Positions 26,807-37,866 of a stretch of 64,000 nt of DNA are shown piece after piece. The stretch lies in the NCBI GenBank assembly GCA_036271035.1, contig DATBBK010000217.1, forward strand, positions 3,833-67,832. The letters run 5' to 3'. Origin of the DNA: Thermoanaerobaculia bacterium. GTDB taxonomy: Bacteria; Acidobacteriota; Thermoanaerobaculia; UBA5066; Gp7-AA6. The notes beneath the pieces were generated by a model, which worked only from the letters and a program-made list of their open reading frames with translations, was not told the DNA's origin and did not search any database. The translations under genes and the position numbers were made by a program. Numbering within the stretch: the stretch's first letter is position 1; each line of letters opens with the position of its first letter.

Positions 26807-27630
26807 GCGCGCGCGCCGACGCCATCACCGGCCGCGGGACGCGAACGGCCGTGCCGGTCGGCCTGGTCATGCTGTTCCTTTTCCCGCTGATCCTGATGCC
26901 GCTCTCGGCGGTGTTCGTCTTCGCGCTCCGCGGCGGACCCCGCGAGTTCTGGGACGCGCTGCGCGCGCCGGAGGCGCAATTCGCCCTGCGGTTCTCCCTG
27001 TTGATCGCGTTCGCGAGCGGCGCGATCAACGCGATCCTCGGCACGTTCACCGCCTACGTGCTCTCGCGGTACCGCTTCCGCGGTCAGCGCGTGCTCGGCA
27101 TCATCGTGAACCTCCCGGTCGCGATTCCGACAGTCGTCGTCGGCACGTCGCTCCTTCTTCTCTGGGGCCCGATCGGCCTGCTCGGCCGCTTTTTGGAACC
27201 GTTCGGCCTGCAGCCGATGTTCGCGCCGGCGGGCGTCCTGCTGGCGCACCTCTTCGTCACGTTCCCGTACATGCTCGGCGCGGTCAAGCCGGTGCTCGAC
27301 GAGCTCGAGGAGACGTACGAGGAGGCCGCGTACACGATCGGCGCGAGCACCTGGCAGACGTTCCGCTACGTGATCCTGCCCACGCTGAAGGGCGGCCTGT
27401 TCGCCGGCGCGCTCCTCACGTTCGCGCACTCGCTCGGCGAGTTCGGCGCGACCGTGATGGTGTCGGGCAACCTGCGGCTGAAGACGCAGACCGCGCCCCT
27501 CTACATCTTCGCGCAGTTCGAGGCTGGCAACATCGAGGCCGCCAACGCGGTCGCCGCCGTGCTCGCGCTGCTCTCCTTCTGCATCTTCTTCGTCCTGCTG
27601 CGCTACACCGCCCGGCGGACTCAGGACTGA
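26803..27630 (+). CDS. sulfate ABC transporter permease (CysT/CysW family); only one permease gene present
   Basis: ATGA overlap with the sbp stop; six TM helices; EAA-like loop (EAAYTIGASTWQTFRYVILP). Confidence 0.85.
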   Translation: MSARADAITGRGTRTAVPVGLVMLFLFPLILMPLSAVFVFALRGGPREFWDALRAPEAQFALRFSLLIAFASGAINAILGTFTAYVLSRYRFRGQRVLGIIVNLPVAIPTVVVGTSLLLLWGPIGLLGRFLEPFGLQPMFAPAGVLLAHLFVTFPYMLGAVKPVLDELEETYEEAAYTIGASTWQTFRYVILPTLKGGLFAGALLTFAHSLGEFGATVMVSGNLRLKTQTAPLYIFAQFEAGNIEAANAVAAVLALLSFCIFFVLLRYTARRTQD

Positions 27631-27631
27631 C

Positions 27632-29494
27632 GTGTCGATCACGCTGCAGGACGTCACGAAGCGCTACGGGGATCAGATCCCCGTCGACCGCGTCTCGCTC
27701 GAGGTGGAGAAGGGAGAGCTCTTCGTCCTGCTCGGCGCGTCGGGGAGCGGCAAGAGCACCATCCTGCGGATGATCGCGGGGCTCGTGTACCCGGACGAGG
27801 GCGTGATCCGCATCGGCGATCGCGATGTGACGTACCTGCCGCCGCAGGCGCGCGACCTCGGCCTCGTCTTCCAGAACTACTCGATCTTCCGGCACATGAC
27901 CGTCGGCGAGAACGTCGAGTTCGGCCTGCGCATCCGCGGCGTGAAGGCGGCGGAGCGGCACAAGCGGCGCGACGAGCTGCTCGACCTCGTCGGGCTCGGC
28001 GGCCTTGGCAACCGCTACGAGAGCCAGCTCTCCGGCGGGCAGCGGCAGCGCGTCGCGCTCGCGCGCGCGCTCGCCTATCGGCCGGGCGTGCTGCTGCTCG
28101 ACGAGCCGTTCGGCGCGCTCGACGTGAAGATCCGCGTGCAGCTCCGGCAGAGCCTGAAGGAGATCCAGCAGCGCCTCGGCCTGACGACGGTACTCGTGAC
28201 GCACGACCAGGAGGAGGCGTTCGAGCTCGGCACCCGCATCGCGGTGATCGAGCGCGGCCGGCTGCTCGAGGTCGGCAAGCCGCAGCGGCTCTACGAGAGC
28301 CCGCGCTCGCTCTTCGTCGCCACGTTCCTCGGCGCCGGAGCGGTCCTCGTCGGGCGCTCGCGCGGGCACGACGTCGACCTCGGCCCGCTGACGCTGCCGA
28401 TTCCCATGGACGTCCCGCACGAGGAGGGCGATCGCGTCCGCGTGCTGATCCGCCCCGAGCACATCGCGCTCTCGGAGGAGAAGAAGGCGAGCGCGCCGAC
28501 GCTCGGGCAGGGCGAAGTCATCGAGGAGACCTTCACGGGATCGGTGCGGCGGATCCGCGTGCGCCTGCCGCCGCTCGCGGGCGTGCGCCAGGTGGTGCCG
28601 GCGCCACCGTTCGGCGAGGAGGCGGTGCGGCTCGACGTCGCCGTGCCGGCCCACGCGGATCCGGCGCCGCGCAAGCCGTGGGTCTCGCTCGAGGAGTGGC
28701 ACATCCTCCGGCAACCGACGCCGCGGCTGCTCGTCTGCGACGCGGGTGAGGGGCTCGCGCCGGCGCTGGAGTTCGCGGGGCCGCTTCTCGCCGCGCTGAA
28801 CGGTGTCGCGACCGTGGTGGGCGTCGCATCCGACGCGCGGCGGCAGGACGCGCTGCGCGAGTCGCTCGCTCAGCGCGCCGCTGCCGCCGACCTCAAGGAC
28901 GCGTCGGTGCGCGTGCGCCGCGGGGAGCCCGTCGAGCAGATCCTCCTCGAGCAACGAGACGCGCCGTACGACTTCGTGATTGTCGGCGCGGGCGAGGTCG
29001 CATCGCTGCGCGGCCGGACGCGAAAGCGCGCTCCGGAGCTCGCCGAGGAGCTCGCGCTCAGCACCTCGATTCCTCTCCTCGCGGTGCGCGGCCGGCCGCG
29101 CCCGTTCACGAGCATCCTCATCTGCACCGCGGTCGGCGAGCCGGGAAAGTCCGACGTCCGCGCGGGCGGCTGGCTCGCGCGCCGCACGAACGCGACCGCG
29201 ACCCTGCTTCACGTGAGGCGGCCGGGACACGCCACGCCGTACGCCGACGCGCACCTCGACCGCGGCGTCTCGACGGTCCGCGAGCTCGGCGTGACGGGGC
29301 GCTGGGCGATGCGCGAGGACGAGGATCCGGTCGCGGGCATCCTCGCGTTCCTGCGCGACAACCCGCACGACCTGGTCGTCGTCGGGGCGCCCTCGCGCCA
29401 CCTGCGGCTGCCGGCGCGCGGCGAGACGATCACGACGCGCGTGCTGCGCGAGTGCGGGACGTCGATCCTGGTCGTGCCGGAGGGGAGCTGGTAG
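27632..29494 (+). CDS. cysA: sulfate ABC transporter ATP-binding protein CysA fused to a C-terminal tandem universal-stress-protein (UspA-like) module
   Basis: Walker A GASGSGKST, signature LSGGQRQR, Walker B LLLDEPF, TOBE-like region; residues ~365-620 form two USP-like alpha/beta repeats (LLVCDAGEG..., ILICTAVGE...LVVVGA...ILVVPE). Confidence 0.85.
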   Translation: MSITLQDVTKRYGDQIPVDRVSLEVEKGELFVLLGASGSGKSTILRMIAGLVYPDEGVIRIGDRDVTYLPPQARDLGLVFQNYSIFRHMTVGENVEFGLRIRGVKAAERHKRRDELLDLVGLGGLGNRYESQLSGGQRQRVALARALAYRPGVLLLDEPFGALDVKIRVQLRQSLKEIQQRLGLTTVLVTHDQEEAFELGTRIAVIERGRLLEVGKPQRLYESPRSLFVATFLGAGAVLVGRSRGHDVDLGPLTLPIPMDVPHEEGDRVRVLIRPEHIALSEEKKASAPTLGQGEVIEETFTGSVRRIRVRLPPLAGVRQVVPAPPFGEEAVRLDVAVPAHADPAPRKPWVSLEEWHILRQPTPRLLVCDAGEGLAPALEFAGPLLAALNGVATVVGVASDARRQDALRESLAQRAAAADLKDASVRVRRGEPVEQILLEQRDAPYDFVIVGAGEVASLRGRTRKRAPELAEELALSTSIPLLAVRGRPRPFTSILICTAVGEPGKSDVRAGGWLARRTNATATLLHVRRPGHATPYADAHLDRGVSTVRELGVTGRWAMREDEDPVAGILAFLRDNPHDLVVVGAPSRHLRLPARGETITTRVLRECGTSILVVPEGSW

Positions 29495-29568
29495 GAGGGA
29501 AAGGTCTCAGGTCTCAGGTTGCCGAGCTCGAACCGTGAAACCTCAAACCGTGAGACCGTGAGTCCTCC

Positions 29569-31758
29569 TCACGGATACAGCTCCTTGTACGACTCCGCAT
29601 ACAGCATGACGCGCCGGACGTAGTCGCGCGTTTCGTACAGCGGGATTTTCTCGAACACCTCGTCCTCCGGACGTCCGGCGTTCTCCCTCGCGATGCGGTG
29701 GATGCGGGTCGGGCCGCCGTTGTAGGCGGCGAGCGCCATCGGCACCGAGCCGCCGAACTCGTCGAGCAGGCGCTTGAGATAGGCCGCGCCGAGGCGCGCG
29801 TTGACGCCGGGGTCGTACAGGAAGGCGCGCCGGTAGCGCGCGCGCAGGACCGATTTCGCGAGGCTCTTCGCGGTCGCCGGCATGAGCTGCGTCAGCCCCA
29901 TCGCGCCCGCTCGCGACTTCGCGGTCGCGTCGAAGACGCTCTCCTGCCGCACGAGCGCGCGCAGGACGGAGGGGTCGAGCCCGAACTCGGTCGCGCGGCT
30001 CGCGAGGAACCCTCCCTCCTCGATCGGATAGTAGATGCGCCGCCAGGCGTCCGGGACGCGCCCCTCCTCCGCCGTGCCGACCTCCGGGATCGCGCGCTTG
30101 ATCGCCGCCGCCGCGGCGGGGAAACGGCCGAGCGCGAAGTCCGACTGCGCGAGGCGCAGGTCGCGGCCGCGCGACGCCTTGAGCGAGCGCGCCTCGGCCG
30201 ACGCCTCCGCGAACATGCGGAGCCGTAGAAGCTCGTCGACTCGCGCGAACGCGGCCGTCGCCGTCGAGGGGTCCCGGACTTCCTCCCGCTCGAGCTTCGC
30301 CGGCGAGGGGACGCGGGCGCGCGCCCAGATCGCGTACACGTCCGCCGGCGACGCCGCCGCGAGCTCGGCGAAGATCGGACGCGCCTCCGCCTCGCGTTTC
30401 TCCTCGGCGAGACAGCGCGCGCGCCAGTACGCGAGCCGGCGCGAGCGGGCGGGTCCGGAGTAGATCGACCCGGCCGCCTCGATGCGCTCGCGCGCGCCTC
30501 GCGCGTCGCCACCCGCGTACGTCTTCCAGGCCATGCGCCAGATCGTCTCGAACCCGTCCGAGCCGGGGCCCTCCTGCAGCACGATCGCGCGCGCCTGCCC
30601 GATCGCCTGGTCGAAGTCGTCGCCGTCGGCGAAGAGTCGCAACAGCCTCTCGTGGGCGCCGCGGCGCTCGGCGGCCGGAGTCGAAGCGTCGTTCGCGAGC
30701 CCCTCCAGAGCGTGCCGCACGGGCTGGACGCGCGGGTCGTCGGCGCCCGGCGGCTCCGCGTCGCCCCTGCGCAGGCGGGCGAGCACGAGGTCCGAACGGA
30801 ACAGCACCGATTGCCAGTACGCCTCGGACCCGTCGTTCGCGATCGACGTCGCCGTCGCGTCCGCCGCCTTCTCCTTCTTCATCGCGAGCTCCCCTCTAGC
30901 GCGCGCGAGCAGGTTGGCGCCGCGATCCGCGGACGGCCACGCGGACGGCGCGTCCTTCGAGAGCAGCTTCACGCCGCGCTTCGACTCGCCCGCGCCGACG
31001 AGCGCGCGGCCGAGCCGCCCGCGCTCCGCTGGGGTCAAACGGCCCTCCGCCTCGGATGCAGCCTGCTTCGCGAACGCCGGAGTCGCGGAGAGCGTGTCCC
31101 ACCCGGGCGCCTCGAGGAGCAGGTCGCGCGCAGCCTCGCGGGTCCGCGCCGGGTCGCGCATCGCGATCCCCAGACGGATCCGCGCGATCGCCAGCTCGCC
31201 CCTCTCCGAGACGCCCGCCGCGGAGCCACTCGCCTGCGTGAGCGCGTCGGACGCTTCGCGGAGCCGGCCCGCCCTCTCGAGCAGGCGCGCGTACTGCAGC
31301 GCTGCGCGCGTGCGAAACGCGAACTCGCCCTCCGTGGCGAGCGCGCGCTCCGCCGCCTGCAGCGCGTCGGACGACTTGCCGGAGAGCTCGAGCGACTCGG
31401 ACAGCCGCAGCTCGCGGTACGCCTCGAGCCCGATCGGCGCGGCGGACACTCCGGTGAGGTGCTCGGCCGCCTCCGCCCACCGGTCGTGATTCGCATCGTC
31501 GACGGCGAGCAGGAGCGCCGCGCGCGCATCCCAGGACGGCAGCCGCGCGCTCTTGCGGATCGCCTCCAGCACGGCCTCCGCGTCCGCGTGCTTTCCCTCC
31601 TCGAGCAGGTCCACCGCGCGCGCGAACTCGGCGTCGTAATCGGAGGAGACGGCGGGGACGTCGGCGAGCGCGCGGCTCGCGCCGAAACCGATCAGGAGAG
31701 TGACGGCGGCGAGAACCGGAGCCCTGAGTGGCGGAGAGGGCGGGCTAGGGAAGGACAA
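29569..31758 (-). CDS. soluble lytic murein transglycosylase (Slt family: superhelical N-domain + SLT catalytic domain)
   Basis: signal peptide; SLT motifs (ESVFDATAKSRAGAMGLTQLMPATA, AYNGGP). Confidence 0.8.
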   Translation of the reverse strand: MSFPSPPSPPLRAPVLAAVTLLIGFGASRALADVPAVSSDYDAEFARAVDLLEEGKHADAEAVLEAIRKSARLPSWDARAALLLAVDDANHDRWAEAAEHLTGVSAAPIGLEAYRELRLSESLELSGKSSDALQAAERALATEGEFAFRTRAALQYARLLERAGRLREASDALTQASGSAAGVSERGELAIARIRLGIAMRDPARTREAARDLLLEAPGWDTLSATPAFAKQAASEAEGRLTPAERGRLGRALVGAGESKRGVKLLSKDAPSAWPSADRGANLLARARGELAMKKEKAADATATSIANDGSEAYWQSVLFRSDLVLARLRRGDAEPPGADDPRVQPVRHALEGLANDASTPAAERRGAHERLLRLFADGDDFDQAIGQARAIVLQEGPGSDGFETIWRMAWKTYAGGDARGARERIEAAGSIYSGPARSRRLAYWRARCLAEEKREAEARPIFAELAAASPADVYAIWARARVPSPAKLEREEVRDPSTATAAFARVDELLRLRMFAEASAEARSLKASRGRDLRLAQSDFALGRFPAAAAAIKRAIPEVGTAEEGRVPDAWRRIYYPIEEGGFLASRATEFGLDPSVLRALVRQESVFDATAKSRAGAMGLTQLMPATAKSLAKSVLRARYRRAFLYDPGVNARLGAAYLKRLLDEFGGSVPMALAAYNGGPTRIHRIARENAGRPEDEVFEKIPLYETRDYVRRVMLYAESYKELYP

Positions 31759-31793
31759 TTCTCAGTTCTGGATTCTCGACTGTCGATGTCGTC

Positions 31794-33209
31794 TCAAACT
31801 CCCAGCGCTTCGGGCCGTCCGTCCGCGAGGATCCGCACCAGCTCCTCGTGGAAGAAGTTCGTCTGCGACCGCACGTCCGACGGAATGCGCTCGTCGTACA
31901 TCTGGCGGCTCCGGTCGATGTCCTCGCGCAGCCGCTGGTAGAGGTTGCCGCCCTCGCGGCCCTCGATCACCGCGCGCTCGTTGTAGAGCTTGATCTCGGA
32001 GACGAGCAGGCGCGCGAACCGCCGCGCCTCTTCGTGACGCTCGTCGCCGCCGGAATCCGCGAGCGGACCGGAGAGCGGCCCCGCGAGCCGCCGCGCGGAC
32101 TCGGGCATCGCGGCGGCAGGCGCCGGCGGCTCGAACTCGCGCCGCGGCGGAGGCGGCGGCTCGGGCTGCGGCCGAGCCTCGTGCTCGGGCGCGGTCTCGA
32201 CCTCGGCCTCCACCTGCTGCGGCGGCTCTCCGAACTTCGCGGAAGGCTCCTGGAACTGCGGCGCCGGCTGGGCGCGCTCCACCGCCGGCTCTTCGAACTC
32301 CTGGAAGTGGGGCGCCGGGCGGTACGACTCGGAGACGACGGGTCCCGGCCCGGACATCGACAGCGCCTCGGTGGTGGGCGCCGCCTCGGGCGCGTCGACC
32401 TCTTCCGACACCTCCTCGACCTCGGGATGCTCCTCCCCGAGCCACATGCCGGCCGGCTCGGGCTTCTGCACCGGCTCGAGCAGCCGCAGCGCGGGCGAGG
32501 GCTTGAGCTTGCGCGACGCGAGCCGATCCACGACGAGACCGGCGAGGAAGGTCAGGAGTCCGAGCGCGTCGGGATCGAAGACCTCCTCCTCTCCGAGGAC
32601 GACGTCCGCGTAGAGCGCGCCGGAAATCTTCTCGCGGACTGCCATCGGGATGACGATCGCCTCCGACGTCTTCGCCGCGCGGAGCAGCGTCGAGATCTCG
32701 TTGGCGCCCGGAAGCCGCAGCGGCGTTCCGGACATCGCCCGCGACAGCAGCCCTCCTTCGGTGAGCGGCAGAGCGATCTGGCGGATCTGCTCGTCGTCGC
32801 CGCCGTGCGAGCCGAAGCCGACCGCCTTCCAGGCGCCGATCGCGCCGCCGCGGGACACGAGCAGCGCGGCGCGCGACGAGTAGCGGCGACACTCGTCGAG
32901 GAAGCGATGGAGGACGTCGACCTGGGTGGCCGCCTGGTCCAGCCCGCGGGCCGCGTCGATCGAGACCGAGCCGGGCCGCGGAGGCACCGAGGCCGCCGCA
33001 GTCGACGGGAGGACGAGCTCCTTCGGGACGACGCCCCTTAGGTCCTGGTCGAACTTCTCGAGGAAGCCGAACCAGCGGCGGTCCTGCTCGGTCCGGAGGC
33101 GGTCGAATTCGTCTCGAAGGGCGGCAAAACGCTCGGAGAGACGCCGCTGGATCTCCGTCTCGAGGAGCTTGAAGCGGTCTTCTGCTCCGGAATCGGCCAT
33201 ATTCGGCAT
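31794..33209 (-). CDS. hypothetical protein with GAF-like central domain and P/E-rich low-complexity linker
   Basis: long ORF with good codon bias; ATG 33209 (MPNMADSG); no confident family. Confidence 0.45.
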   Translation of the reverse strand: MPNMADSGAEDRFKLLETEIQRRLSERFAALRDEFDRLRTEQDRRWFGFLEKFDQDLRGVVPKELVLPSTAAASVPPRPGSVSIDAARGLDQAATQVDVLHRFLDECRRYSSRAALLVSRGGAIGAWKAVGFGSHGGDDEQIRQIALPLTEGGLLSRAMSGTPLRLPGANEISTLLRAAKTSEAIVIPMAVREKISGALYADVVLGEEEVFDPDALGLLTFLAGLVVDRLASRKLKPSPALRLLEPVQKPEPAGMWLGEEHPEVEEVSEEVDAPEAAPTTEALSMSGPGPVVSESYRPAPHFQEFEEPAVERAQPAPQFQEPSAKFGEPPQQVEAEVETAPEHEARPQPEPPPPPRREFEPPAPAAAMPESARRLAGPLSGPLADSGGDERHEEARRFARLLVSEIKLYNERAVIEGREGGNLYQRLREDIDRSRQMYDERIPSDVRSQTNFFHEELVRILADGRPEALGV

Positions 33210-33369
33210 TATCGAGGCTGCCTTCCCGTTCGTAAAGTCCGGACGAATTCTGGGAGCATTGTAAACCGTTACGGGAATTGAAGATAGCTTCAACGGCGTT
33301 GACACCCCCCGACCTCGTATCTAAGATGTCAGGCTCTCTAGGAAGCTGCGGGTAAGGGGGTGAGTGTCC

Positions 33370-33576
33370 GTGCCTCTGGTCCACGTCAAGGAGGACGAGT
33401 CTTTCGAGAACGCGATGCGCCGTTTCAAGCGCAAGTGCGAGAAGTCCGGCATCCTCTCGGAGCTGAAGAAGCGTCAGCACTACGAGAAGCCGAGCGCGAA
33501 GCGCAAGCGCAAGATGATTCAGGCTCGCAAGAAGATGCTCCGCAAACTCTCGGAAGAGCGTCGCGCAATGGTGTGA
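33370..33576 (+). CDS. rpsU: 30S ribosomal protein S21
   Basis: [42 protein letters not shown]... matches S21; GTG 33370 (33364 as listed is an alternative) after AAGGGGGTG. Confidence 0.85.
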   Translation: MPLVHVKEDESFENAMRRFKRKCEKSGILSELKKRQHYEKPSAKRKRKMIQARKKMLRKLSEERRAMV

Positions 33577-36005
33577 TTTCCGGCGACGGGGGCGGCGCCG
33601 AGGGAGATCCCCTCGAGCTCGGCGTCGTCCTCCGCCTGATTTCGGCGCTCGCTCGCACGCCGCCCGGAAGGGCGGCGGTTCTGTCTCTGGCCCCTTCGTC
33701 CGATGAAGACGAGGTGCGCCGCCGGCTCGCGGAGGCGGGCGAGGCGCTGGCGTTCCGCATCCGCCACGGGCGGCTCCCGCTCGCCGGCCTCGACGACCTC
33801 TCCCCCGCCCTCGATCTGCTCACGCAGTCCGGCGGCTCTGCCGCGCCGGAAGACTTCCGCGTCATCGTTCGCGCCGCGCGCGCGGCCGAGGCGGTGCGCC
33901 GCGCGCTCGCGCAGGCGGAGACGCAGCTCCTCGCCGAGCGCCGCGAGCGCATCCCGTCCTTCGTCACGCTGATCGGGCGCGCCGCGCGGCTCTTCGACGC
34001 CGACGGACAGCTGAAGGACGACGCGTCGCCCCAGCTCGCCGCGGTCCGCACGAAGCTGCGCCGGCGCCGCGGCGAGGTCTCGCGGCTCCTCGAGAAGATC
34101 CTCGACGACCGGCGCGACGCCGTCGGCGACGCGGTCGTCGTCCTGCGCAACGACCGCTACTGCCTCCCCGTGCAGGCGTCCTCGCGGGCGCGCGTGCCGG
34201 GCATCGTGCACGACCGCTCCGGCTCCGGGCAGACCGTGTTCGTCGAGCCGATGGAGGTCATCGAGTCCAACAACGATCTCGCGCTCCTCGCCGGCGAGGA
34301 GCGGCGCGAGGTCGAGCGCGTCCTGACGGAGTTCGGCCGCTCGATCCTCGACGAGGAGCAGCCGCTGCGGATCGCCGTGGACGAGCTCGCGGGCCTCGAC
34401 GCGCTCGAGGCCGTCGTCGCGTTCGGAGAGACCGGCGGCGCGCGCCTGCCCGAGATCTCCGACGACGGCTCCTGGGCGCTGCGCGGCGCCCGGCATCCCC
34501 TGCTCGACGCGCGCTTCGAGCCCCTGCGCCGGCGCGTTCTCGGCGAGAGCCGCGCGCGCGGCGACGCGGTCCCTCTCGAGCTCGAGCTGCCGTCCGAGCG
34601 GCGGCTGCTCGTCGTCTCGGGCCCCAACGCCGGCGGCAAGACGGTCGTGCTCAAGACCGCGGGCCTCTTTTCGCTGCTCGCGCAGTGCGGGATCCCGCTC
34701 CCCTGCGAGCCGGGCACGCGCATCCCCGTCTTCCGCTCGATCGAGAGCGAGATCGGCGACGCGCAGGCGATCCTCTCGGACCGCTCGACGTTCTCGTCGT
34801 CGATGGAGACGCTCGCCGGCATCCTCGTGAACGCGAGGCCCGGCTCGCTCGCGCTGATCGACGAGATCGGCGGCGCGACGGATCCCGAGGAGGGCAGCGC
34901 GCTCGCGGTCGCGTTCCTCGAGGCGTACCTCGAGACGGGCGGCCGCGCAATCGTGACGACGCACCTGTCCGGCATCAAGACGTTCGCGGCGTCGCGCGCG
35001 GACGCGGTGTGCGCCGCGATGGAGTTCGACGAGAAGACCGGCCGCCCGAGCTACCGGCTGCATCCGGGCCTGTCTGGACGCAGCCGCGCGCTCTCGGTCG
35101 CGAAGGAGCGCGGCATCCCGGAGCCGGTGCTGACCCGCGCCCGCGAGATCCTCGGCGAGGCGTGGCAGCGCCGCGAGGCCGCGGAGACCGAGGCGGAGCA
35201 GGCGCTCGAGCGGCTGCGCGCCGCGGAACGGAGCCTCGCCGCCGAGCGCGAGGCGGCTCGGGTCGAGGCCGGGCGGCTCGAGGAGGAGCGCCGGCGGCTC
35301 GCCGCGGAGAGGGAGAAGATGCTCGCCGAGGGGATGGCCGGGTTCGAGCGCGCGAGGCAGGCTCTCTCGCGGAAGGTGTCCGACGAGCTCGAGGCCGCCC
35401 GGCGCGAGTCGTCGCGCCTCGCCCAGGCGTCCGCGTCGCGGGTGCTCGAGGAGGCGGAGCGCGCCGCCGACGTCGAGCGCGTCCTCGCCGAGGCGAAGGA
35501 GGCGGAGGAGCTCCGGTCGCGGACCGTCGAGGTCGGCGGCCGCGCGCGCGTGCGCGGTCTCGGCGCCGAGGGAACCGTCGCCGCGTTCGAGGGCGACTGG
35601 GCGCAGCTCGACATCGGCGGCAAGCGGATGCGGGTGAAGAGAGCGGATCTGGAGCCGGCGAAGGACGGCGGCGGGCGCCGGCAGGAGTCGAGAGGCTCCG
35701 GGAAGGGCGCGTCGGGCTCGCGGGTAACCGTTCGAGACTCCGGCTCGAAGGACATCGCCGGCGAGACCGCCGAGGTCCACCTGATCGGGATGCGGCTGGA
35801 GGAGGCGATCGACGCGGCCGAGAAGGCGCTGGATCAGGCGGTCGTCGGCGGCGCCGCGCGGCTGCGGCTCGTCCACGGCCACGGGACCGGGCGGCTGCGG
35901 GACGGACTGCGCGACCACTTCCGGTCGCATCCTTCCGTCGCCTCGATGCGTAAGGGAGAGAGGAACGAGGGCGGTGACGGAGCGACGATGCTGGAGCTGA
36001 GATAG
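33573..36005 (+). CDS. mutS2: endonuclease MutS2 (MutS domains III-V + C-terminal Smr)
   Basis: Walker A GPNAGGKT, Walker B LALIDE; C-terminal Smr ([13 protein letters not shown]...[13 protein letters not shown]); GTG start overlaps the rpsU stop. Confidence 0.85.
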   Translation: MISGDGGGAEGDPLELGVVLRLISALARTPPGRAAVLSLAPSSDEDEVRRRLAEAGEALAFRIRHGRLPLAGLDDLSPALDLLTQSGGSAAPEDFRVIVRAARAAEAVRRALAQAETQLLAERRERIPSFVTLIGRAARLFDADGQLKDDASPQLAAVRTKLRRRRGEVSRLLEKILDDRRDAVGDAVVVLRNDRYCLPVQASSRARVPGIVHDRSGSGQTVFVEPMEVIESNNDLALLAGEERREVERVLTEFGRSILDEEQPLRIAVDELAGLDALEAVVAFGETGGARLPEISDDGSWALRGARHPLLDARFEPLRRRVLGESRARGDAVPLELELPSERRLLVVSGPNAGGKTVVLKTAGLFSLLAQCGIPLPCEPGTRIPVFRSIESEIGDAQAILSDRSTFSSSMETLAGILVNARPGSLALIDEIGGATDPEEGSALAVAFLEAYLETGGRAIVTTHLSGIKTFAASRADAVCAAMEFDEKTGRPSYRLHPGLSGRSRALSVAKERGIPEPVLTRAREILGEAWQRREAAETEAEQALERLRAAERSLAAEREAARVEAGRLEEERRRLAAEREKMLAEGMAGFERARQALSRKVSDELEAARRESSRLAQASASRVLEEAERAADVERVLAEAKEAEELRSRTVEVGGRARVRGLGAEGTVAAFEGDWAQLDIGGKRMRVKRADLEPAKDGGGRRQESRGSGKGASGSRVTVRDSGSKDIAGETAEVHLIGMRLEEAIDAAEKALDQAVVGGAARLRLVHGHGTGRLRDGLRDHFRSHPSVASMRKGERNEGGDGATMLELR

Positions 36006-36057
36006 CGTTGCCGGGCACTTCGTCTCACGGAATCACGTCCGACGTCTCACGGCCCCG

Positions 36058-37866
36058 ATGAACACCGATCTCGACATCAACGACTCCGTTCTCGCGCAGC
36101 TGCGCAGCGCCGCCGACATCGTCGAGGTCATCGGCGACCACACGCGCCTCAAGAAGGCCGGCCGCTCGTGGAAGGGCCTCTGCCCCTTTCACAACGAGCG
36201 CACTCCGTCCTTCACGGTCGACCGGGACAAGGGCCTGTACCACTGCTTCGGATGCGGCGCCGGCGGCGACGTCATCCACTTCGTCCGCCAGATCGACCGG
36301 CTCGAGTTCCCCGAGGCGGTCGAGGCGCTCGCGGGGCGCTTCGGCGTCTCGATTCCGCGGCGCGAGCGGCGCGGACCGCGCGAGGACCGGCGCGAGAAGC
36401 TTCTCGCCGCCGTCTCCGACGCTCAGCGCTTCTACTCCGAGCGCCTTTCGCGTCCCGGCAACGCCGCGGCGAGGTACCTCGAGGGCCGTGGCGTGGCGCC
36501 GGAGATATGGAAGGACTTCGCGCTCGGCCACGCGCCGGACGCGTGGGACTCGATCTCGAAGGCGCTCGGCGGCGCATATCCGGAAGATCTCCTCGTCGAG
36601 GCGGGGCTGCTCCAGCCGCGCGCCGAGGGCAAGGGCCCGGGCTCCTACGATCGCTTCCGCGACCGGCTCCTCTTCGTCGTGCGCGACGAGCGCGGGCGCC
36701 CCGTCGGCTTCGGCGGCCGCACGCTCTCGCCCGACGGCGAGCCGAAGTACCTGAACTCGCCGGAGTCGCCGCTCTTCTCGAAGAAGCGGCTCCTCTACGG
36801 CCTGTCCGATGCGCGCGAGGCGATCCGCAAGCGTGACCGCGTCGTCCTCGTGGAGGGGTACTTCGATCACCTGGCGCTGTGGCGCGCCGGCATCCACGAG
36901 ACGGTCGCGTCGATGGGCACCGCGCTGACGCCGGAGCAGACCGAGAAGCTCCGCCGCCTGACGTCGTCTGCGGTGATCTGTTATGACGGCGACGCTGCCG
37001 GACGCAACGCGACGCACGCCGCGCTCGCGCTGCTGCTCGGCCACGGGTTCGCGGCGCGCGCCGCGCGGATGCCGCTGGGCGAGGATCCGGACGACGTGCT
37101 CCGCCGCGAGGGCGCCGAGGCGCTCGCCGCGCGGATCGACGAGGCGGCCGACGCGCTGACGTGGCTCATCGAGGACGTGCGGCCCGAGGAGCCGGGCCTC
37201 GAGCCTGCCGAGAAGCGGGCCCGCCTCGGCCGGATCCTCGACGTCCTCTCGGCGATCCCCGACCGGATCCTGCGTTACGAGGAGTACCGCCGGCTCTCGG
37301 AGGCCGTTGCGGTCCCGCTCGAGGTGCTCTGGGGAAGCCAGAAGGAGGCGCCGAGGGCGCCCCGGCCGGCCCCGCCGGGAGCGGGAACGGAGGGGAATAG
37401 AGCCGCGTTATCCGAGAAGCCGGCCCCGCCCCTGGAGAGGCGATTGTTGCAGTACCTGGCGGCCGGCAGAGAGCTCAACTCTCTGATTCTAGGGGCTTTG
37501 AGAGAAGAATGGGTGACGGATCCCCGGGTTGCGCGGATCGTGACGGCATTTCGAAAGGCCTCGGCGCGCCCCGAAGTGGTTGATTTTCAGGGCCAGATCG
37601 CAGACCTTACGGAGGAAGATCGCACGTTTCTCTCCGGTATCGCGCTGGATGAATTTTCCGAGCCGACCGAGAAGGGCGTCGATCAGCTCCTCAAAGACCT
37701 GGAAACGAAGCACCTCGAACGGGAGAGCCTTGATTTGACCAGTGCGATCAAACAGGGCGAAGCACGGGGCGGGAGCGAGATTGACGAGCTGATCCGGATG
37801 AAGCAGGAAAAGGCCCGGCGCATCGCAAAGCTCAAGTCGCGGAAAGGAAACGAAGTTGGCCATTGA
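36058..37866 (+). CDS. dnaG: DNA primase
   Basis: zinc-binding [11 protein letters not shown]...CFGCG, Toprim domain (LVEGYFD, YDGDAAG). Confidence 0.9.
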   Translation: MNTDLDINDSVLAQLRSAADIVEVIGDHTRLKKAGRSWKGLCPFHNERTPSFTVDRDKGLYHCFGCGAGGDVIHFVRQIDRLEFPEAVEALAGRFGVSIPRRERRGPREDRREKLLAAVSDAQRFYSERLSRPGNAAARYLEGRGVAPEIWKDFALGHAPDAWDSISKALGGAYPEDLLVEAGLLQPRAEGKGPGSYDRFRDRLLFVVRDERGRPVGFGGRTLSPDGEPKYLNSPESPLFSKKRLLYGLSDAREAIRKRDRVVLVEGYFDHLALWRAGIHETVASMGTALTPEQTEKLRRLTSSAVICYDGDAAGRNATHAALALLLGHGFAARAARMPLGEDPDDVLRREGAEALAARIDEAADALTWLIEDVRPEEPGLEPAEKRARLGRILDVLSAIPDRILRYEEYRRLSEAVAVPLEVLWGSQKEAPRAPRPAPPGAGTEGNRAALSEKPAPPLERRLLQYLAAGRELNSLILGALREEWVTDPRVARIVTAFRKASARPEVVDFQGQIADLTEEDRTFLSGIALDEFSEPTEKGVDQLLKDLETKHLERESLDLTSAIKQGEARGGSEIDELIRMKQEKARRIAKLKSRKGNEVGH

